Positions 42,923-57,194 are shown, counted from the first letter of the stretch. The stretch: DNA of 64,000 bases from Trichosphaerium sp. ATCC 40318 (GCA_038496445.1 JALMLS010000420.1:682001-746000), one strand, 5' to 3'. The notes: generated from the letters alone by a model not told the origin. Numbers and translations: made by a program.

Positions 42923-44138
42923 TCACATGACAAGTCTGTAAGTAATGTATCGCCCAGCAGTTTCGCTTGATCGTAAAATCTTAATAATCTACAACAAACT
43001 AGGTTAACAAATAGCCTCATAAAACCAGACAATAATCTAGCAGAAAAAAGAGTTCAGCCTTGCGGTTTTTTTCGTCAGCGTTCGAACAAGTGTTTTTTTC
43101 TGGTACACCTTTTCTGGCCAAGAACAACTGTTATTGCGCACCTGTCCTTTCTGTAAACCGTAGTAACGGGCTACAGGATCCACAGATTGTATTCGAGGGA
43201 GTTGTGTTTCTTGTAATTTACTACAATCCTTGTAAGCAAAGTAACACTGTCAATGCTTAATTATTTTTCTTTCAAAATAAAATCTAGTATTTTCATTGGA
43301 AAGCAAACGCTGTCCGTGTAATTTTGGTACAGCGATAATATCAAGGCGTATGGTTGGTAGAGAGGAGCGTCAAGTGCCGTTCTGACATAAAAATTGACAG
43401 AATCTTTTAAACGTACTAGCGTGTTAATAGTGATTCTTGCTCTTCTTTTGATAGTAATACGTGTTTAGGAACAAGTCTATGCTTTGTAATATTAACAAGG
43501 AGTTCTGACTCTTTGAATTGCTCCATGATTATAGGACGTAGTGTTTCAATACACTGAAAGAAGTATTAGACAGCGTTTAAGAAAGAAAAACTGTTTCATT
43601 ACTAATAATGAGCTTTAAAGGCGACGTACGGATCGTGCGTGGGGAGTGATTGCTTGGGAGTATACCATGATACATCTTGTTACGTTAGAAGCCTTCATTT
43701 TGGTATAACACCTTTTTGGTCATTTAGTGACACTTTGCGTTTGTTTTGAGCTTTTTTCGCACGTACTCTTTAATTTCTTTCGCGCCGACCTTGCTAGGCT
43801 CCAAAAAGAAGACGTATATTTGTTCATCAATAAAATCTTGATGTTGGTACATTTTCACCACAGATGTACGACTGTAGTAATGTCAGAAGTATTAGATTTG
43901 TATTTGGCGTACATGTGTTCTTGTTCACCGTGTTGATTTTTAAAATCTTCCAGAGTCATGTCTTTTACCCTCTGTTCGATAATATAGCGCCTAACGTATA
44001 TTTACACATCTGCAAATCATTTTCATAATAAATGAGGCGTTTATTGCATAAAACGCGTACGTACCTATCGCTAAGCATTTCGATGACTGTTTTGTGGACT
44101 TTGTACAAATGCTCAATTTCCGCATCATTATTTGCCAT
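42923..44138 (-). CDS. RPB5: RNA polymerase I/II/III shared subunit RPB5
   Basis: [23 protein letters not shown]; [21 protein letters not shown]; [20 protein letters not shown]. Confidence 0.95.
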
Positions 44139-44423
44139 TGTGTTAGTATATTATTATGTGACTAGAGACCTTTAACAAAGCGCCAGAAAAAAGTAAAAAG
44201 GTTCGAATAGTACGTGACTTTTCCGGAAAGTCAACCAAGCTTAAAGAAACACGAACTTTACTGTAGCTACAACCCGACTAATAATAGGTATTTGTAAGCT
44301 ACAGGTGACTGAATCAAAAAGGAGTAAGACAGTCTACTGATTTACAGGTCGCAAAAACCAACAAGTAAACGAAACACAGAGTTTATTTCAACATTTTGAC
44401 GTTTATCAAAACAAAAACCTTTC

Positions 44424-46090
44424 TTAAAAGGCGAAAGGAAGACTCAAATCCATAGCCCAACAGGTGGACAATTGAGGCTTCTGAGTAAAGGAACCGTCAA
44501 GTACAGCCTTCATTCTTCTCAAGAGCAAGTTGCAGGTCCATTCCTTTTGGTCTACAATACGTTAGTACTTGCCTTCAAAGACGCAAAAAAAATAAGTAAC
44601 ACTTACGATCCATGGCCTCCATAAAGGCGAAGGTAAGGGCACCTCCTTGTGAACCGTCGGCGAATTCAGCGTCAGCTGAAGTTTGGTCATCTTTACATCC
44701 ACTGAAGAGAATAGCTTCTCTTGCAGTGAAAGTGAGCTTTCCAGTACCTTCGAAAGCTTTGCTAGATAGAAATAAACATACAATCACTCACATCACAGTT
44801 GTGGCGTACGATAGACCACGCATGGCATTGATAATCTTCTTTTTAGAAGAAGTAGGATCGAGATCGACCTTCCATACCAAAGGAAGGTCCATACCAGTAC
44901 CACTGTGGCAGCAGTCCATGATACTAACCAATCTAGCGACTGGAGGTAGTGGCTTAACGAGCAAGCCAAATACTTCATCATCCTACAAAGAGAGTTACGG
45001 TTTTTATCCTTTAAAAATAATTGCCACTACGTACAGTGATACAGCTTGTTTTATGGCCGTCTTCCATAGTGAGGATGGCTTCGTCCATACCATCTTCTTC
45101 CTCACCATCATCATCGTCTTCACGTTGAATACCGTGACCAGAGAATTGGAAAAAGCGAATATCACCTCCCTTGGTACCTTCCATAAGCCATTTCATACCA
45201 GCCATGATGTTGTCTCTGCAATGAGGTTAGTTCTTGACCTAACAATAAAATCCTTTCAAAAAAAAACAAGCGGCATACCTAGATGGCTGCAAATCTGCTG
45301 GGGTTTCATCAGCGTCGTTGATCATTCTGATGTTTTCTTCTGGGTAACCACGAGCAAGAAGAGTAGCCTTCATCTTTTGAGTATCATTGATACATCCGTC
45401 AAGGTGTCTGTCTGCTTTTGGATGGTTTTTGTACAAGATACCTACAACCCGTTAACAAGATCTTTTTGGGCAAAACGCGCTATTGTTGACGCTATCATAC
45501 CAACCAACAAAGCTCTCTTATTTCCTTTGGATCTAAGGTCTTTGATCATCTCTGTAGGGTAGTAGTGGATTGCCATGTTAATTTTTGAATCACCTAGTGC
45601 CTTTCCTTTCTTGTTGGTAATATCTACCCACCCATCAACGCCACCTTCGTTGGCGAGGTCTGCGAATCTGTATATGAGGTGTCTATGCTGTATTAGTGGT
45701 TTTAATTGCCTTTTATCGCGTGCCCGATATTATCATCGCTGAAGTGGTCCTCGTCCCAAACTTGGATTTCAAGCTTAGCTGGGTTACCAACCAAACTGAT
45801 GAGAGTTTCTAGTACGGTTTAGTTTCGTTAGAAAACTAGGAGTGTGAACTCCGAAGAGCGCTTTTGCATATAACGTTTACGTACCGTGTCCCCATTGTGG
45901 GTTAGCCTCGTTACTAAGCTTTGCAGTAGTTACTCTAACTTCACCGTCGACCTACGCGTTTAATGAGTTGCTTGTCGATCTGTAGTGATTGTAGTACCTT
46001 TACAGTTACGAAAGGATCGGAAGCACCGCCCATATCGCCATTGATCAAATCTTTGGCTTCTCTGATGTTAATGTATAGCTGACTTTCCAT
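44424..46090 (-). CDS. Metacaspase with N-terminal C2 domain
   Basis: C2 domain: AKDLINGDMGGASDPFV..NPQW..VWDED. Peptidase C14: KRALLVG, LDGCIND, FSGHG, MDCCHSG, SGCKDDQTSAD, GALT. Confidence 0.93.
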
Positions 46091-46327
46091 TGTTGTTGAT
46101 ACTGTTTGAGTTGAAGTGCTCTGAACAATTTAAGCAAGTTTTTGCGACTAAACGAATATAAGTACTTACGGTGCTTTCTCTCGGGCTCCGGTTACCCATT
46201 GGACGAATTTGAAATACGTTTAAGCGGTAAAAAAACGAATTGTTACTTTATTACCATTTTGGTGTTTTTACCCCGAGCGCATTGTGCTTCATTATAAAGC
46301 GATTCTAGTACTTACAGACGAATGTAG

Positions 46328-47699
46328 TCATTTTCCTTTTTTAAACGTTGCAAAACCTTCCAGTACGCTATCAATTGCGTCAAACACAACTAAACAATGC
46401 GTCAAACAGGAACGAACACTAAACTTACCGTTAGGATTATTGTACGGAATGTAATGATCGCTTTGAGTCTGTAATACAACGTAGTTGTTACTCAAATCTT
46501 TAAAGATTGCCTCGTCATGATAAGAATTTGACACAACATGCACAATTGGAATGTCACCCAAGCCTTGTTCAAAAATTTTTGTAACAACCTTTGCTGTCTA
46601 TGCAGTGTTAGATTAATGGCTACCACGTGTGGTAGATATTTTTGTCTTTGGACCTCTTTGAATTGTTTTAGCTCATTATAAGCTGTGATACTAAATGACA
46701 TTTTGTTGACATAGTAGATTGTTCTCCAGAAAGCTTCGGAATCTTGTAGCTTACTAGGTGCGCCAGCTACTTGTATTAACGTCCAACATGTATTTTAAGC
46801 ATACCTTCAGCTGGGAGAGTTGTTGTGATACCCATTAATCCCATGAGGCCTAATGGGTACAGATATGTTGTGATAAGGAACGAAGAAATTCCTTCCTAGT
46901 TTCGTTAATCTCTGTCACCACGTGAAAGGTGGAGGGTTACCTCTAGGCTTGTCAAAAAAGTTTCGTTAGTGCACTGCTGTGGCGTAGTAGAGTCCATCAA
47001 AACAATTCCAGTAAGAGTATCTCCATACAATGAAGCAAATGACAAGGCTACCAATCTATAAATAAACTTGCCTCACGTGTATTTTGTACCATCGAAGCCT
47101 CCATAACTCCAACTATTAAAGTAAATAATACAACCAAGTCTGCTACTTACCCTACATAAATTATTGGCTTACCAGCCATGTCCCCACTGTGTTGAATGGC
47201 ATCATATACATCTCTTGCAACGTCCATGCTTGGCCAAGTTATAATTACACCTGACAACTAACGCACCTCGTGCGCGAATCGGGGTCATTTGGAAGCGAAC
47301 TAAGTCCATAACCAGGCCTGTAAATAAGTTACACGTGCACAACAATATTTATTTGGTAGAGGCACCTATCAAAAGCACAAATACGTGCGTCTAATTGTGT
47401 CAGTTTGCTAGATGTCAAGACTCTAGAAAAAGAGGCTGAGGTGAATGGTAGCCCTGCATCTAGTATAACGAGGGTTTCGCCAGTGCCTGTTTGGAAAAAA
47501 AATTAACGTTTTTGGTTGCTGGACTCTACGCACCGTTACAAAGCCAGTGCATCACTGTATCTGGCGTTTTCTCATTTACAGAGATTAAAGTATGCGGTTT
47601 GAAGCGAAATGAACCATACAGGGTAAGAATGGAACTAGATACGCATAAGGCGTATAATACCGCTATAGTAATTACTACACAGGAGCTTGCTTGGTTCAT
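46328..47699 (-). CDS. Secreted or membrane-anchored alpha/beta hydrolase; multi-exon
   Basis: N-terminal hydrophobic segment; VILDAGL, FDRPGYGLS, YVGWSYGG (GxSxG), GIVLMD, SDHYIP. Confidence 0.85.
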
Positions 47700-47823
47700 G
47701 TATTATTTGTCGTATGTCCGAAAAAAGCGAAACGAAAGTCAAACATCAGTATACTGCCACACATGGTGTAACACTGCCTTGCGATCTTAATTTTATACCT
47801 TGGCGCAGTGCCCGTTCCGCACT

Positions 47824-50800
47824 ATGAACCAAACGAGATTAATATATACAAAGCTGTATGACCCAGACAGTAAAGCGGTAGCGCTAAACTTTCACCCTGT
47901 AAAACAATGGATTGCGGTAGCCGACGAAAATGGCACAGGTACGCGCACGAGCGCTGGCACACCTCGTTTGCGTGCCCTTGCTCTATTTTAGTGCAACTGG
48001 GTTAATTTTGCCTAGTGACGGTCTGGGATTACGAACATAAGCTTGTAGTTTTTTCTGTGAGTATTAACGACCCAGAAATGCTACAAAGAGACGAGTTAGT
48101 GTATCAGCAACAACTGGAGAAAGAACACGACTACCAAGGCCCAAAGCTCGCCGAACAGCTCGCAAAGAACCTAGAAAGTAGCGTAGTCAAACCAAAACGA
48201 CGAAATGCGAAATTAACTGTAAGAGCAATTCGCTTTTACGATAATGACGTGCGTGCGGTACGAGGCATTGTAGATGAAGTGCAGGTGCGTAAAACAATAC
48301 CAAACAGAATAGAATCAAAGTTATCTCCACAAGTGGCTCACTTTCGCAATAGCACACACAAAAAGGCACTTCCATGTTTAGGGGTGGATCATTCCCTAAC
48401 TATGTCATCATTGCAGTTGAAAACAGGCACGTGGGAGGAAGAGAAACGAGAATTTTTTTCGTATTTAATCCCAAAACCGTTTCACTGGTACATAAACGCT
48501 GAATCGCTTTATTAGGGTTTTAATTTATGATTATGTTACTCTCGAGTACAAGGAGATTGATATAGGCCAAATGGAAGGCAGAGGACTTTCATGTATTGAA
48601 GTATTTGCTAGGGAGACGTATATTGCTTTGGGTGGTATGTTTATGACGTTTATAGCGAAATGGACATACAATGAATTAATTCCTTTTTCGCATTTTTCGT
48701 TTTTGTAATTTTTTTAAAACTTTCCCTTTTGAGCTTACTGGACGCTAGGTAATGATGGAGTAATACGAATATTTGATTTAGTACAATGGAAAATAGTAAC
48801 AAAGCTAAAAGGTGCTCATTCAAGAGCTATACGCGCCATTGACACTTACTTGGTACAAACTTGTGTTTTTTTGAGACAAATTCTCAGTTTGTTGAACAAC
48901 TTTCTAGAAAAAAACTTTTGTGTTTTTTTTATTTTGTTCGGTCTACAAAACCTGTTTTATAGTGGGTTATAAGTATATGTATTCCTAATGTATTGAAAAG
49001 GATGATGGTTTAACAAAAATATGGTCTATGGATGCTGGTGGAACACTATGCAATTTTGTTTTAACGGATGTGCCTAATAGAGGAAATGGCAGACTAGATC
49101 ATCTAAAAAATTGTAAACTTGGCGATGTTTATGACTGCGCTTTTAACCCTTGTACAAACCAGATTAATATTGTCGCAGATAAAGTGTACGTTATTGTTTG
49201 AGCTTAAACAGTCACCTTTCGAGCTGGTTTCTTAACTGACATATTCTCGTTTAGAAGCGTATTTACTAAGGCTTTACAGCCTATTGAAAACTCCAATACG
49301 GCTACATCGCATAAAGGCGATACTTACTCGCTTGTTGAGAACTTTCCACATCCATTGTGGTCAAACGATACCGTGCTTGTGGTAAAGGTACGTCTCAAAA
49401 AATTTTAGCTGGCATTTTCATGTTCTTTTTTTTTTTTTCGCTTGATTTTAGCGCCACAGGCTCATTGTGTATGCACTCAACTGACGTGTGGTTTAGGATT
49501 CTTGTATTTATATTTTCGACACAGTTTGCGGTATGAGCCAAGAGTTACTTGATTTGAATAATATCGAAGGACTTAATTTTGAGGAGAAAGTAAGTTATTT
49601 ATTTTTAGAATTGATTATCGATTTATGGTTTATTCTAGCGCTCAAAAATATTTGCACTGCATGTACATCCTACATCACCACATATTTTTGCTGTTGCGAG
49701 CACAGAAGGTTTAGTTGTTTTAGATGTAGAAGCACAAAGGTACTAGTGTTAATTAAAAAAATCCTTTGTATTTTTTTTGCTTACTTCTTGATCTAGCAAT
49801 CTACCTGTGTCACTTGTTTCTTACGGTAAAAAATCAGCAACGAAGTTATATATGTGTAAAAATTCAAAACTTTTCGCAGAGAACATACGTGATAACACGT
49901 GCGTTGAGTGTTATGATGATAATTTTCTTGTTTTTTTCTGTCTGAAGCATTTTAACTTTTTCTAGATTTTCGCAGCTTTATTCGTTACCTTTAGACGATT
50001 GTAGTAGATTAGGTATATTATACATAATGTATACGCTAAATAACACATGATAGGTTCTGTAGTAGTTGAGCATAGTTGGTCAAAACAATACATTTCATTG
50101 TTTTGTTTGCATGAGAATAAATACCTTATTGTTAGTGCAAAAAGTGGCAAGGTACGATTACACCTTATTTTTACCTTCCCTTCGCTTTAATCTAATATTA
50201 TTTAAGTTAATTGAGCGTGGTGAGGCTTGGAGTTTTGCTTGGAGTGCTACTAAAGATTACTATGCTATAATTAGAGCGGTTCAGAAGAAAGATAAAGCTG
50301 GTATTAACTGTTTTAAATTTGAAAAAACAACTTGCTACTATGTTTCGGTTTTAATTGTTTCAATTTGTTGTATTTGCGTCTAACCAATGTATGCAAGATC
50401 TTGCTGCCCAAAAAAAAGCCCATAAAAAGAAAAAGACGCCAAGACAAGAATTACCTGTAACTGTGTTCTTTGTTATAAAGAAGGTCAAATCTGATTGGTA
50501 TGAAGCACAGTGTTTTTGCTTTCTTTCTGTATCTTCTTTGACATTTTATTTAGTTCAACTGCTGTTGTTTGTGATACAATAAAGCAACAGAAGCAGTCAC
50601 GTTACAATCCAATAAAATTGGCTGGTGGACCTGTTCTTGGCGTTACTTTATCTATGCGTATGACTTTTATTTCTAGTCTTGATGCTTGGTTTTTTGATTT
50701 GCTTACAGTATTCTAGATCAACAATATAGTGTAGCGAATGTTGCAGAGTATGATAAGCATAGAAGTATGCAGTTTTATGATTGGTCTGGTGAAAAAATTG

Positions 50801-52700
50801 GCAGGTATGTCTCTGAAACAGTCAGTTTTTGTTTGAATGTTTCTTACTTTTGTTTGACATGTTAATTTTTTTAGAGTGTTACCTCCTGCAAGAAATATAA
50901 TATGGAGTCCTGATGGTGAGAATTGTGTCGTTATGTTCACAAAGTTTTTTATTATCCTACAAATAGTGTACGCTTTGTTTGATATGATTGTATTTGACAT
51001 TTTTTTGTTGATGTGTTTTTGATCGTTCTGAGCTTTGTTGTTTTGATTTGTTTCGTTTTAGGGACAGCAAGGTTATCTATGTTTGTAAGCACCATGACAC
51101 TATTACATCTGCGTTATGGTCTGATAAGACTTTGATTTATAGTAATGATAATGATATAAAAGCTTGTGCGTTTTTGTTTTTATCTCTTTTTGTTGTCACT
51201 TGAAGGTGTTCTTACTTCCTTTAGACTTTCCACACAAGAAAAAACCTGTTTCAGTAGTATTAAAATCGCGGCACTCAGCCATTAAAGCATAGTACGTACA
51301 GCAATGTTGCTCCTGTTGTAGACTTTATTTTATCTGGTTTCGAAAATGTTTTGACTTTGAAACCAGACCTCCATACCGGCGGTCTTGGGTTGAGTTCTTA
51401 GAAACTGATATTTGTGTTTAGCCATGCTGGTAAAGATTGTAAAGACTTGGAGTGGATTGTTTGTTCTTCTTTAGTCTCAATGAATGACAACGTGCGACGA
51501 TAAACATATGTCTGCTGATTTTTAGTTCTGACTTTTTTCAAAATTTAGACGTTGTTCGTACTTACAGCGAGTCAGAATGTTATACGGATTGAAGTCAAAA
51601 AGCCTTTATATGAATTTTATAGCTTATGCCAAGCTGATAAAGTTGACGAAGCTTTAGAACTGGTAAACCAACACGGCATTAATAGTTTTTTTTTTAACTT
51701 TTTTTTTTTAGCTTTCTAAAGTTAGTGAAAAGCGACACCCTGAAATATCAGAGTATTTCATAAAGAGAGGGATGCCTCAATATATTACACAACTATCAGG
51801 GATACCTATAACTGCTAGGGTATGTTACACGTTTGTCAATAATTCCTTTGTTTCTCAGTTTTTTAACCTTTTTCGCATCTTCAGCTTAAAGTTTGCATTG
51901 ATCACAAGTTGTATGTAAATATGGCAAAGTCTTTGCTGGAGCCTACAATAGCACATATAAGTCTTTTAAAGCCCAGCGAGAAACCGAAAGATGAAGTAGT
52001 CGCACTTATACTTCAGTTTGCTCAGATAGCTATTAACAACCGAGCAAGAACTACAGCGCTTAAAGTACTTGCAAAAGTTGCTAGTGTATACCCACCGTAC
52101 GTGCCTTATTTTATGCCATCATGATGGCAGTTGGTCTCCATGTTGGTTTCTTCTTATTGTTGTTTAGGGCTTACCGTCAGTTGGTTCTTCTTAAAGTTCA
52201 AGGAAAGAGACCAGATTATAGTTTTGTTAAAGAATTGCGAAAGTCTTTGTTGGAAAAAGGGTTTCATGAGGAAGCAAAGTTTTGTGCTGCTGTTCTTGGG
52301 TTTGATGAACTGACAGAGACGTGGGAGAGTAACGGTAAATCACCGTGTTCTGAAGCGTTGTCATTTTTTGGGTGCGAAGAGATTTACTTTTTTTTTTGTT
52401 GTTTTTTTTCTCTTTTTTGGAGATTTCTCCATGTAGTCTTTGAGGGATACAAACCAAAGTTATTGTATGCGAATTGTATATTTTTTTAGATACTTTTTCA
52501 TTTATCAAACAAATTTTATTGATGTTGTGATGGCTGAAACAAGTCAGTTTTTGTTTTTTTTTTCAAGTCTTTTACGATTTTTGTTGATTTTTTTTTGATT
52601 TAGACAGAGCGATGCAGGTATTGCGCGGTGGAATAAGAATGTAAATGAAAAATACCCAAATGTACCATCAGTGACTTACGATAATTCTCATTGCGAATGA
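47824..52700 (+). CDS. TSET/TPLATE coat subunit TTRAY (TWD40-2-like): WD40 propellers + helical solenoid; many introns
   Basis: FHPVKQWIAVADENGTVTVWDYEHK, VRAIRFYDNDVR and VENRVLIYDYVT resemble plant TWD40-2 as I recall it; GGPVLGV and YDWSG; coatomer-like architecture. Confidence 0.75.
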
Positions 52701-53199
52701 TTTTTGTGAGCCAAAAAAAAACAAACAAAAAAAAAACCAAAACAAAATCCGTAACAGAAAAAAAAAATACTTTGTAAATAAAAGAAATACCAGAAAACTC
52801 ACAAAATACTTATCAATGCTCAGAAATCTGTGGTTACTCACAACTGGTACTTTTGAAGATTGAATCGTTCAAAGAGGATTTTAAATGATCTCAACGTGAT
52901 CTGGTGGGTCAAAACTGCAAGTTTTTTGTAGTTTATGTAAACACTCCTAATTAATTACTGTTTGAAGTTTTCTTTTCTATTTAGCTGAATATAGAGAGGA
53001 AGTACCCGTACAATGCCCTTTGTCGTGAGTTTTGGTTTCTCGCGTATGATTACGTTGGCAAAAAAAGGCCCACGGTTTTAATTTTCAGCGAAAGCCGTTT
53101 GCCATCGTTTCTTTGCACCCACGTGGTTAATAGTTGTTATATTACTTTCTATATAGAGATGACGTAGTGTTTAGTCCACTTAAAGGAGAGAACCGGCGA

Positions 53200-53214
53200 T
53201 TCACGTGACGTCAG
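53200..53214. promoter_or_regulatory. Overlapping E-box/CRE (TCACGTGACGTCA)
   Basis: CACGTG 53202-53207 overlaps TGACGTCA 53206-53213, about 80 bp upstream of ATG 53292. Confidence 0.4.
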
Positions 53215-53291
53215 AGAAACTTCAACTAAACTAACGTGTGGATAAATTCCAAACCATAAACAAGCATACATCAACTCAACAACGTCATCAA

Positions 53292-53899
53292 ATGGCAAGG
53301 AGACTATGTACGTTTACTAAAGACCTTAAGAATTTTGTCTGGCCTTTTGTTCTTATCCTTGTACAGTATTTAGAGATCTAGTAGACAGCGCCAGAAGGAA
53401 GGCTGATAAACGAACAATAATCGAAGGCGCATTAAGTATTAGCGTCGAAGACGCTAACAAAGCACGTGATTGTATCCTAGAAGTAACATTGCGATCCTCT
53501 GCCGATACCAGAAGGCGAAAGAAACGTGTACTGAACACATCAACAAAGCAGAGGCAGAGCCCAATCAAAGTAATTTCAAGCACAGCTGACCTAATGTTTG
53601 TCGATTTTAAAGTAAGAAAACGTATAGTTGGTATTAAGAAAACTATTGGTAAGGCTGTGATACACTTGGATGCATTTGGAGATATGAACAGTGTGTTCAC
53701 AGGAACTTTTGATATTCCTCTTCGGAACAAGTATAAACTTGGCAATGAAGCACTTCGTGTCAAGATGGTATATGCTCCAGATAGCGATGTGAGTAATGAA
53801 GACCTTGAAAATTTGATAGCTATAAAGAATATAACTACAGATGATGTACCTGTATCAAATAGTAGTGAAGAACTTGACTTCAGAGAAGCATACTTGTAA
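53292..53899 (+). CDS. Hypothetical protein with a divergent C2-like domain; two exons
   Basis: GALSISVEDA..FVDFKV..IGKAVIHL..FDIPL pattern. Confidence 0.55.
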
Positions 53900-53949
53900 A
53901 AATAATGTAAACATAAAAAACAACCAATTTGTACTTTTATTTTGTGTAC

Positions 53950-55282
53950 TTATTTGTCGTCCATAGGTACATATCCTTGTTCTGTAGCATAGTACGTATT
54001 ACGTTTCTTTTTGTATATGCAGAAAAAGATCAATGCTCCAACTAGAAAAAAGTGTTTTAGATGAAGCAGAGACAGTGTTTATTATAAGTATGTGAAAAGG
54101 TTCATTTCTTGATATTTTTTTGTACGTACCAACTATGATCGTGACAATAATAAGTATAGGAAGTGTTACAGTAAGTGCAAGCATTTCAGGGTTTAAATAT
54201 CCATTACAAGTGTATCCAACGCTTTGGTTTTCAATGAAAGACTAGCAACAATGTTATAAAATTGATTACAGTTTAAACTATCGCCAGTGCAACGATAAAA
54301 TAAAGTCATAATGTCATTCTATTATACAAAATCCACCAAAGGATACAATCAGAGACTGTAAAAGATCAAATTGTTTGGCTTTTTTCATTTTTTTTTTCAA
54401 AATAAAAACCTTACCTGAGTATATATAATAGCTGCTCTCATGTCGTCTCTTGTGCATGTTTCAGGTCTACATACAGCAAGAGATAAACCAACTAACAATT
54501 ATAAATAAATGACGTTCTTTGAATTGTAGAGTGTAAAAAAACCAAAATACTCACGTCCTGATGCACTTGTTGCTTTTATATGACAAATTCTTCCAGAGCA
54601 AGCATCTTCGTATGAATTTGTAGGGCTTGTTTTACATTCTCTTTGGTTTTCTGAATTACACTTAGCAGTGGTAGTTAGTATTCGGCAGGTACAGGTGAGC
54701 GTAGTGAAGTTTGAATAGTAAAAAGGTTGTTTTGATTTGTACCTTGGTTATTTGAGTGATTATATTAGCTTCGTATTGATGCACAACATGGAAAGGCATA
54801 TTCTAAGGTGGGTAGTAAGGTTAGTGTTGTTAAGAAAAGTTGTTTGTAGTTTGCTTGTCAAAAATGAAGAGGGAGAAGAGTGCTCCGGGTAAAGTTTGTA
54901 GCGTTTGATATTTGGGCAAGGTTTCCACCTTTTTAGGCAATTACTGGTTTGGCAATAAGGTAATGGGTTGTGTCAGTCATAGAAGCGACTTGTTGGTTCG
55001 TGAACGTATTAGAAAGCAAAGTTTTCACTTCCAGTTTCGAAAAAATGCTCTTTTTGGATAAACGCGCTTGTTATACGTACTGAATATGCCAGACGACATT
55101 CGTGAGAAATGCCAGGTGTCGAAGCTCCAATAAAGACCAGTTCCGCTAATTAGACGTTATTATAATCATTTCGAGTGGCTGTATGCTTTAAAACTAATAG
55201 TAGGCGTACGTCTGATATCGTTACTCAGAGCGCACGCTAAAAAGCATAAAACTAACGCTGAAAGCGTGATAAAGTTAGACAT
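53950..55282 (-). CDS. Membrane protein: signal peptide, Cys-rich ectodomain, C-terminal TM segments; multi-exon
   Basis: MSNFITLSALVLCFLACALS signal; Cys-rich exons; hydrophobic LALTVTLPILIIVTIIVG. The 3' end is uncertain. Confidence 0.5.
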
Positions 55283-55535
55283 TAAACGTTGCAAAGAAGA
55301 CACCGATTAATCCTTTTTGGGTTGACAATGCAACGAACAAAGTTGACTCATTAAAAAAAACAGAGAAAAAACTCCACAACAAAAAGTTTCTGTCAATAGC
55401 TTGAAAATAGGCTATTCTACACTTGTTTGGCATTTAAGATATTTGGTACTTCTCATAAAACTGGTTGGGTGGACGCTGCTAGAGGCGAACCACTTGAAAC
55501 ATGTGATTTATAAATCCATGTAGAAGCTATGGAAT

Positions 55536-57060
55536 TTATTGTTTAACGTAAGGTCTCCAAGTTTCGCTAATCATTTGAGTAGCATTCTTCAACTCTTCAG
55601 TAGCCATACGGAATTCAAAAGGCTCTGATCCAAGAATTATTCCTTTATCTTCCAGCCAAGAAAACATGCCTTGATCAAAGAATAAGAACGAACAAATAAA
55701 AATTGTAAGAAAAAAAAAAGAAAGTTTCAAACTTACCACTTCCAGCGAACTCAGCAAGAGGGTTTAGTTCAACAACGAACACCTAATAGAAGTAATAAAT
55801 AATATTGTACATGGTAATTAAATTGTAAAACAAGTACTTCAAGGTCATCTAATTTATCAGAACCAGGTGTTTTTTCGAGAAGCATGAAGTCAATTACAAA
55901 GTTGTCCATCTTAACACTACCTATAAGATTTTTTTTCATAAACTCTTGAATAGTCTTTAGTATGTAGTCACGTTGTTTTACAAGTATTGGAAAGTAACAG
56001 AACTAAAATTATAAGAGTTAGTATTACTAAAGAATGAGGACTTGTAACACGTGTACTTGATTGTATTGAGTGAGTGCTGTTAATTTGTTTTTGTAAACAA
56101 AACCACGGAACTCAAGTTCAGGCTAAATAAAATCAATCATTTGTTCTTCATAACTGGTCTGTAGTTACTTCTGCATACCTTGAAATCCACGAACTCACGG
56201 ACAACTACGTTAAAGTCTTTGTTTATTTTCCCTTCTGCATGAAGTGACAAGTCACCTTGAATCCTTGGAAAGATGTCAATACGTTAGAAAATCAATTTTA
56301 ATTACCTTTTACTTTCTATCAACAACTGGACTGCAGCCTCTCCAGATGAAACCCGAAGACCTTTAGTACTTGCAACATATAATGCGTGAAGTCGTATATT
56401 CTCATCAGTTGTTGTCACACCAGCGTCAGCATACATTTTTGTTAATTGTTTCAGCGCCTATTTTAGAATACGCATGTCAAAAAAAATCGTAAAAGTACGA
56501 GGCCGTACAGCATCAAACAGAGGTTTGAACTTTTCAGCAGTGAGAGCAGCATCCTAGGTACAATGTTAAAAACAATATTTTGAAAATCGGTTGAGTGTAC
56601 TTTTGGTGAACGGGAAGAAAGGCGAATGAATATTCCATCAACTCCCAAAGTCGATTTATCTTGCTCAATTTTCTTGGCTACAGCCATCAAACACTCTCTT
56701 TTCTTCCATGCATCGACTTCACCGCCTTCTATAGTGTAAGGTACTAAGCTAGCAACGACTCAAGTACCTGACAATAATTTTTTATGTTCTTCTCCAATTG
56801 TCTTCGCAGCTTCTTTAGTAAGAGGAAAGAACGTTGATTTGAACGTAAAATCCTTCATTGCGGCATAATACTCTTCAAGGTATGCATCTTCCATCAAATC
56901 CTTGTATTGTTGCTCATCTTCGCATAATTGTATCTATTAGAGTATTATAAACGCAAACTAAGGAAATATGGTGTCGTACATTTACTTTTTGCTTTTTTAC
57001 AGGCGCTTCTTGCTTTTTTAGCTTATTTTTGTTCTGTTTTAGTTCGTTGAGGAAGCTCAT
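55536..57060 (-). CDS. CDC123/D123-like ATP-grasp protein
   Basis: IFIRLSSRSPKDA, VVREF, ELEFRGFV..LTALTQY, VVELNP, GMFSW. Confidence 0.85.
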
Positions 57061-57194
57061 GATGTTTTGTAGGTTGTTGAGATAAATTTAGAGCAAGAGG
57101 TTAAGTCTTGGTTTTTTAGTGAAACAACAAGAAAAATTAGAAGAATGTAATTGTAAAGTGTTTTCAGTTAATTGTGTAACAGCCTCGGATTTGT

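Noticed and set aside
44612-45562. 316-aa plus-strand ORF
   Set aside because: Antisense shadow of the metacaspase exons; no recognisable motifs.
53353-53763. 136-aa minus-strand ORF
   Set aside because: Antisense to the C2-like gene.
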